Part shown: in pieces, positions 54,801-64,000 of the stretch
Position numbering within the stretch: position 1 is the stretch's first letter
Layout: every line of letters begins with the position of its first letter
Source: Yuukianura sp. NJ FZ-2021
Taxonomy: Eukaryota
Assembly: GCA_046563655.1 (NCBI GenBank)
Contig: CM102288.1
Span: 930,001-994,000 of the forward strand
Direction: 5' to 3'
DNA: 64,000 bases
The notes under the pieces: model-generated
Seen by the model: only the letters and a program-made list of their open reading frames with translations
Databases searched by the model: none
What the model was told of the DNA's origin: nothing
Made by a program: the position numbers and the translations under genes

Positions 54801-57800
54801 TCTTCAGAAGTAACAGTCGTGATGCCTTCTAGAGTCTGAGGTCGGCCGATGATAATGTGTTGGATTGGTTTTTCCTCTTCAGAAGTAACAGTCGTGATGG
54901 TTTCTTCAGTTTGAGGCTGCCCATTGATGTAGATGATGTGGGGCTTGTTTGGTTCCTCTTCAGAAGTAACAGTCGTGATGCCTTCTAGCGTCTGAGGTCG
55001 GCCGATGATAATGTGTTGGATTGGTTTTTCCTCTTCAGAAGTAACAGTCGTGATGGTTTCTTCAGTTTGAGGCTGCCCATTGATGTAGATAATGTGGGGC
55101 TTGTTTGGTTCCTCTTCAGAAGTAACAGTCGTGATGCCTTCTAGAGTCTGAGGTCGGCCGATGATAATGTGTTGGATTGGTTTTTCCTCTTCAGAAGTAA
55201 CAGTCGTGATGGTTTCTTCAGTTTGAGGCTGCCCATTGATGTAGATAATGTGGGGCTTGTTTGGTTCCTCTTCAGAAGTAACAGTCGTGATGCCTTCTAG
55301 AGTCTGAGGTCGGCCGATGATAATGTGTTGGATTGGTTTTTCCTCTTCAGAAGTAACAGTCGTGATGGTTTCTTCAGTTTGAGGCTGCCCATTGATGTAG
55401 ATGATGTGGGGCTTGTTTGGTTCCTCTTCAGAAGTAACAGTCGTGATGCCTTCTAGAGTCTGAGGTCGGCCGATGATAATGTGTTGGATTGGTTTTTCCT
55501 CTTCAGAAGTAACAGTCGTGATGGTTTCTTCAGTTTGAGGCTGCCCATTGATGTAGATAATGTGGGGCTTGTTTGGTTCCTCTTCAGAAGTAACAGTCGT
55601 GATGCCTTCTAGCGTCTGAGGTCGGCCGATGATAATGTGTTGGATTGGTTTTTCCTCTTCAGAAGTAACAGTCGTGATGGTTTCTTCAGTTTGAGGCTGC
55701 CCATTGATGTAGATAATGTGGGGCTTGTTTGGTTCCTCTTCAGAAGTAACAGTCGTGATGCCTTCTAGCGTCTGAGGTCGGCCGATGATAATGTGTTGGA
55801 TTGGTTTTTCCTCTTCAGAAGTAACAGTCGTGATGGTTTCTTCAGTTTGAGGCTGCCCATTGATGTAGATAATGTGGGGCTTGTTTGGTTCCTCTTCAGA
55901 AGTAACAGTCGTGATGCCTTCTAGAGTCTGAGGTCGGCCGATGATAATGTGTTGGATTGGTTTTTCCTCTTCAGAAGTAACAGTCGTGATGGTTTCTTCA
56001 AGTTGAGGTTGTCCGTTTATAAGAACAATGTGAGGTCTGATCGACTCTTCTTTTGTTGTAATTTTCGTAATTCCTTCTACAATTTGAGGTTGCCCGTTTA
56101 TGTAGACAACGCGACGCTGGCTTGGCCTTTTCTCAGTAGTCACTGTTGTAATGCCTTGTTCAAATTGTGGTTCTCCGTTTATGTAGACAATGTGAGGCTT
56201 GTTAGGTCTTTCTTCAGTGGTGATTGTTGTCTGGCCTGGGTGGAAGTGAGGTTCCCCAGTGATGACGACATGGTGATGCTGGTTTGGGCTTTTGTCAGTG
56301 GTAACCACTGTTGTTCCTAGCTCATTTGTTGGTTGCTCATCATCTTCGCGATGTATTTTGTATTCGGGAGTGTGTGGCAGTGCATTTCCTTCATGGATAT
56401 GCGTCGTTACAACGTTGGCTTCATTGATTGATGTTGGGACATTGTTGACGTGAATTTGTGTGATTCCTGGCTGCTCAACCTTTTGATTTTTCAGAATAAC
56501 GTAGCTTGTTTCCTGTTTGTTGTGTTGCGGAATCGGAATGAAGCCGTGGTGGTGGGTTGTTTGATCTTCCTTAATTACTTTTGGAATATATTCGAAGTCG
56601 ATATGATCGCTTCCAGGTTGCTCAACAACGGATGCTTCATTCGTAACTGTGAAAGTGTCTTCTTGATTTTGAATGCCGAAAGTGGAACTTTGTTGATTTC
56701 CACCACGAATTATGAAATCGTTGAGATTGATGTGTCCACTTTCTGCGTCCGGAATATTCGTCCCGCCAGTGATGATTTTGTAAGATGGTTGTGAAATCGT
56801 TTGTTTGTGTACAGTTATACGGTGACTTCCGTGCATCTTGTCGGCCTTTGTTTCATCGTGCCCGCCAATCTTGATTTTGCTGCCACCAAAGGTGCCGTAG
56901 ACAATTTCGTGCGATTCTCCATGTTCATGGAAATTCTTGGGTCCGGTAATGATCGTCTTAACATGCGTTCCGACGAGGTGAGGACCTTCGTTCCCGCCTA
57001 CCTTGATTTCTTCGCTGCTACCAAAAGTACCGTGGCCAGTTTCGTGCGATACGTCATGTCCACCGAAGTTCTTGCGTTCGGTTATGATCGTCTCAGCATC
57101 ATTCCCGCCAATTTTAATTTCGCTGCTACCAACTGTACCGTGGTCAGTTTCGTGCGATCCGTCATGTACACGGAAAATCTTGGGTTTGGTAATGATCGTC
57201 TCAATATGCGTTTCGTGACTGTGATGACCTTCTTCTCCGCCAACCTTGATTTCGCTGCTACCAAAAGCACCAGCTTCATGCGATCCGTCACGTCCCTGGA
57301 AATTCTTGTGTCCGGAAATGATCTGAATATGCCTTCTGCTGCCCTGAAGACCGTCGTTTCCGCCAATTTTAATTTCGCTGCTACCAAAAGCACCGTGACC
57401 AGCTTCATGTGATCCGTCATGTCCATGGAAATTCTTGGGTGCGGTTCCGGTTATGATCGTCTTAACATGCGTTCCGCCGCGGTGAAGACCTTCGTTTCCG
57501 CCAATCTTGATTTCTTCGCTGCTACCACCAGTACCGTGGACCGTTTCGTGCGACCCACCATTCTCATGGTGGTTCTTGCGCCCGGTAATGATCGTTTCAA
57601 CATGCTTTCCGCCAATCTTGATTTCACCGCTACCGTGGCCAGTTTCGTGCGAGCCGTCATGTCCACGGCTACTCTTTTGTCCGGTAATGATCGTTTCAAA
57701 ATCGTTTCCGCCAATCTTGATTTCGTGGCTACCAAAACCACCGTGACCAGCTTCATGCGAGTCGTCATGTACACGGAAGTTCTTGGGTTTGGTAATGATC

Positions 57801-58209
57801 GTCTCAACATGTTTTCCGCCGCGGTGGAAATCTTCGTTTCCCCCAATCTTGATTTCACTGCTACCAAAAGCGCCTGTGCCAGCTTCGTGCGAATGTTCAC
57901 CAGGTCGCTGGTGTTTTGTTTTACTTGCACTGCCAAGTTCGTGCCGTCCTGCGTGATTCTGTTTTTCAAAAAAAAAATTGGTAAAGAAAAGCTGTAGTAT
58001 ATTGGTGTTAAAATGTAGTAAAAACAAATGCTGTTGTTGTAGATAAGTCGTAAGCACATTTAAGCAGTCGAATGTCTTTTAAAAATTTCCTCTGCATTTT
58101 TCATATTTGAAACAACCCAGATTAATTTATCTCGCGGCTTTGATTTGTTACTTACAGGCATCACGAGCAGGAGTAAAAGCAGGGCCAAGGGCCCATTCAG
58201 TACCGACAT
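48803..58209 (-). CDS. Giant (~2,890 aa) secreted repetitive protein: signal peptide, His/Gly-rich repeats, ~38 x 52-aa Thr/Glu/Ile-rich repeats, short Cys-rich tail
   Basis: Exon 1 58209-58156 (MSVLNGPLALLLLLLVMP, gtaag donor) joins in phase 0 to an 8.4-kb open exon from 57958. A probable phase-2 splice 49530 to 49004 adds a CCIRPC-containing exon ending at 48803; otherwise the stop is at 49526. Confidence 0.8.
50051..56000 (-). repeat. Coding tandem array, 156-bp unit, ~38 near-identical copies
   Basis: Exact 156-bp periodicity; unit encodes KPIQHIIIGRPQTLEGITTVTSEEE + PNKPHIIYINGQPQTEETITTVTSEEE. Confidence 0.97.
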
Positions 58210-59159
58210 CTCAAATTTCAAATTTTTGCTCGAAGTTTCAAAATGTTGTTGTTCTGGAAGTCGTCCGTAACTAACTAAAGCCATACACATTGACTAAATG
58301 AGTTATATAATTAAATGGAGTTATCGAAACGATTAACTCATTTGTGGTATGAGGCTTAGACGATGAAATTAGTTTAACTCTAACTGCGGTTTGCGAAGTT
58401 AACGCTTTTGGCTAATGTGTTTGCCAAATTTATCCCGAGGGGAAAGCCAGAACAAAATTCTAGAATCTTGGACAAAATTTTGTAAAAAAGACGTACTACT
58501 ATCAAGTGTTTCAGAGTTGAAATTTAAAATTTCCAAATTTTTTGGGTAAATTTTCGATCCTTACAACAAATTTCTTTCCAAATTTTTCTTGGTAAGAATA
58601 AATCTCCATGTTCCTGGTTTTGAAATAGATTATTCCATTTGTTTTTGAGGTTTAAAAAACGATAGTTCCCAAATTGATACACTTAAACACAAATTTAATT
58701 GCTGCTCTACCGCTAACCGTCGTTAATTAACTTATTAACTTCCTGGATTTGATAAAAGGCCTTTTAAGAGTTTAAGATTACTAAAGAAAGAGCGTGTGTC
58801 TGTTTTTGTACAAATTATGGATGATTGTTGGCTACAAAAGTTATGGCTGTGGCATCGCTGCGACTGTAGTTAGAGCATCGTGACCTTAGAAATCCACTTC
58901 CAGAAGATCTGCGTTCGATTTCACAATTTCTGAATAAGAAATTATGAATTGATTTAAAACACATTTTTGTTTTACGAAATGGAAATGAGCAGATTTTTGG
59001 TTAACTTTTTTGAAATGTATTTCGACATTTTTTCTTTCACAACTCGTATTTTGTAAAAATAGAATCAAGTCGATCTTTCGACTTTGGAAATTGTTAAAAT
59101 ATGGACGAAATTCGTTGTTTTGTTCTATTTTTTGTGTGTGTACATTTGAATCGGAGAAT

Positions 59160-60864
<1,705 letters not shown>

Positions 60865-61630
60865 TGTTTTCTAAAAAAAAAATCAATAAAAATTTAAAAC
60901 TTGATTCAAAATTTTTCAGAAAAACAGAAATTTTGAAGTTACCTTTTCAGTTTGTAGTAGTTGAATCACTTAAAATGAAATTTCAATTCACAAATATGGT
61001 TTTGTATTCAAGTGGACGATGTTTGAACAAGATAAAACCGATTTTTTAGAAAAATAAAATATGTACACGTCCGTTCACTTCGGCGGTCTGAGAAACACTG
61101 AGCAAAAATCCAAACTGAAAAACAAAATTTAGCAAAGCCAAACGAAATCAACACTTCAGTTAGTTGTAAATGAACAATCTCGGTCTCGTTATCATGACAA
61201 CAATTCTGCAGAATTTCCAAAAGTACTTGACCGCCTTGACTTTTTTTTTTGAATTGGTTTGTGTTATTACGTCATTTTTTAAAACAAAAGTTCCTAACCT
61301 TTGACCTTTTGAAATTATTGTCCCTACTCATCAATTTACGATTACTTAACTTAGCATAAGGTATACAACTTACATAAGTAACTAAACGGCTAACAAAATT
61401 GTATCACATCTTGGTAAGAAAAGTGCATTTTTTAGAAACAATTGTTTAAAGTCAAAGTTAAATGCATTTCTAGTTTCATTTTTTAAAACATCTTTCTGCG
61501 CGAGATTCTTAAATACTTTAAGCTGCTCTCTGATAAAATCAATCGTAATTTGGAAGAATATGCTCAAATGACGTTTCTTTTTAAAATAAATTAACGTTTA
61601 GCATAAAAGTTACGAAATTAAGTAAATATT

Positions 61631-64000
61631 TTAAAGTCCAGTGTACTGTGCAAGTCCAGTATCATGCAGAAATTGCAGCTCAGCAGGCTCCGCCTGACGG
61701 AAAAACAGGTTTCGACCACGACTGTGTGACCTTTTGGGTTTTGTTGGTTGAGTGACCTCGCTAAAACAAGGTAAAAAAACTTTGAAATAGTTTTTCAAGT
61801 TTAGAAAAAAACATTTGAAATGTGGAATTTACCCAAAAAATGGAAGAATAGAGATGAGTAAATTCTTGTCTGGATGAGCTGCTAGAACGGAATTGTTTTG
61901 CAGTATATGATTTATCACTTTGCGCAAGTAGTCTTGCAATTTCCGGCGCCTTTCGTCCACAAATTTTGTATCCTTCAAAAAGTAAGTCAACTCACATGAA
62001 AATTTTCTAAAAACTAAATTTTCAAAATTCGATGTTTTGATATTTACCTTGTTTCCTATATGCTTTTTTGAAGGAAAGTAAAATGACCCAATAATGGGAT
62101 CTTTCTTTTTCAACTCTTTATGAAAAGTGTAAAATTGAGAATAACGTCGGTAAACGTTCCATTCTGTGTCCTTAATTCGTAGAAAGACCTGAGAACACAG
62201 AAAAACGTTACTAAAACGTATCCTACGAACTTGAAAACGTTTTCATCTTTACTTGGTAAACATGATGAAGGTCGTTTGTAGCTCCAGTGAGAAATGCCGA
62301 CGGAATCCAAGTGTTGATCAAAATGCGTTCGTTAGTGGTCAACTGCCTTTGAAATGGAAAGTGTCTCTGTCCAGATCCAACTTCTGAGAATGGAATGTCA
62401 ATGGACGTGTCTTCCCCGTCGTCGTCCATTTCTCCAAGTGGACCTCTTAAATCTTCCAATTCTGCACGCAGGCCTCTCAGAGCTTGATCTTTCCTTTGCA
62501 GCACAGCTTGAAGATATGCATTGAATTCCATCAATTCTCCATGCATCTCTGCTACTTGAATTAGTTTCCGTTCATACTCGGCTGCTTCCGTAGATTGCTC
62601 TGAAAAGAAAGAAAACGTTTGAAATACGAATGTTTCAAAAAATTTCAAGAAATGAAAATAAACGTTCTAAAAACGTTTACCATCAGCGGCAGAGTTTTCT
62701 AGAGCATCAACTTCGTCCTGTTCAATCGAAAGTGAAATTCTTCTGACACCTCCACTTGCTCTTTCTTTGAGTAACTGCACAGCTCCGATGTACTTTTTCA
62801 ATTGATGTCTAAGCAATTGATTCTCTTTTGTCAAAGTTTCAACCTTGGTTTCAAGCATTTTCGATTGGTCATTGTGCTGTCTCCGCTCATCTGCAAGTTG
62901 TGCTGTAAGTTTGGCCACAATTTCAACTTCATGATCCAATACTAACTTTAACTTTCGTATTCTCTCGTCTGTTTCTGATCCTTGACTTTGGTCTTCCGGA
63001 CTTTCTTTTGGCGCAATCTTAGCCTCGTTAGGAAAAATTATTCCAGTAGTGGATCCACTTGCGGTGCTGATTTTATCATAGTCGTTTGAAAATTCGTCGT
63101 CACCGTTCGTATTGTAACTTGGAACGGGAATTAGTCCTTGGTTTCTTTCAGGATCTCCACTTAGAGAGCTATTGACGTCTTCAGATGAGCCGACGGGTTT
63201 GAGACGATCACAAGGCAAAATTGTCGTCAAACTTACGTTTTCCATGTCCAGTCGATCCGAAGTGTCAGAGTAAATGGACAAGTTATCTGAAGACTTAAGT
63301 GATGTTGAGTAACTGTTAGTGGATTTTTCTAGGCCGGTACTGGCAATTTCTTGAGGCAAGGAAGTTATCACAGCTGGAACTGAAGCAGTAGTATTGACAG
63401 TATTTGAAGTTGAAGTAACCGATTCATGTGGTAAACTCTGTCGATGACTCCTATTGGGAAGGATTGAACCAGGGGCGTGTTTTTCTGTAGGCGATGAGTT
63501 TTCGGCTTCATCAAATGAAACATAATCCGTTGGAACTTTCTTCTTTTTCTTTCCTTTTTTGAACTTGATTCCTAAGTGGTCTGGAATTGAGTCTTTCGAT
63601 AACAACCCCCCTGATTGAGCTTCAACTACACCATGCGTCAATTCTGGAACAGAACTTGCTATGGGATCATCATCCTGAAACACAAAAATAAAACTAGATC
63701 ATTAGAAAAAATCTAAAACTTTATTATTGTATTAGTACCACAGATGCCATTGTTTCGGATTGAATCTTGTCCAGAACGGGATTATCGACTATAAGTGCAA
63801 AAAGTATTGATCCAAGACCGGCAGCAGTTTGGGGCAAAATGGAACTCAGTTCGACGTCCAGCAGAAATGAGGACTGTTCGTAGAAATGACTCAAAGTATC
63901 GAATGACAGTATAACGTGAATGTATCTTTCAAGGGAATGTTCGTTAAGAGCTGCCCGGAGCCAAGCTCGTCCTCGACCTACATCAGTTCGGACGTTGTGC
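61631..64000 (-). CDS. SNX29: Sorting nexin-29 (RUN + coiled coil + PX), 5' part outside the window
   Basis: RUN end TDVGRGRAWLRAALNEHSLERY, coiled coil YERKLIQVAEMHGELMEFN, PX domain WIPSAFL...HHVYQV...WNVYRRY...FPSKK..GNKD..FVDERR, and C-terminus QYTGL*. Confidence 0.92.

Noticed and set aside
55949..57997. Long plus-strand and alternate-frame ORFs over the giant protein
   Set aside because: Antisense or shifted-frame shadows of a repetitive coding exon; no independent motifs.
49526..58057. ORF-track start (MLTTYLQQQ...) of the 2843-aa ORF
   Set aside because: The first ~33 codons are intronic (T-rich tract ending in AACAG at 57959). The real start is more likely the signal-peptide exon at 58209.

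Overview
AT-rich, intron-containing animal (most likely non-insect arthropod) genomic DNA with short GT-AG introns. It contains about 18 host protein-coding genes. Conserved ones: NOL11, a tetraspanin, GPN1, MED11, TPRKB/CGI-121, macoilin, UBALD, DNAJC5/CSP, a selenocysteine GPx4-like peroxidase with a 3' SECIS, a bacterial-type cytosolic UDP-glycosyltransferase, PFKFB with three candidate first exons, PCYT2 and the 3' part of SNX29. The rest are unassigned, including two spliced microproteins the ORF track does not resolve (a 62-aa CaaX protein and a 56-aa six-Cys secreted peptide) and a ~2,900-aa secreted protein with ~38 near-identical 52-aa repeats. The most complex part is a nested mobile-element locus at 38.9-46.7 kb. 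A TIR DNA element with TAT...ATA ends, a 6-bp TSD and 19-bp minisatellite-containing TIRs carries a decayed, spliced HECT-E3-ligase-like gene. That gene is split by an intact full-length LINE (16-bp TSD), whose 5' UTR holds 18 tandem hairpins with compensatory base changes. Small non-autonomous elements are also present: a Transib-like element with RSS-heptamer ends, a three-copy 8-bp-TSD MITE family and a TATGG hairpin MITE. All gene models and family assignments were made by eye from motifs, not from database searches.
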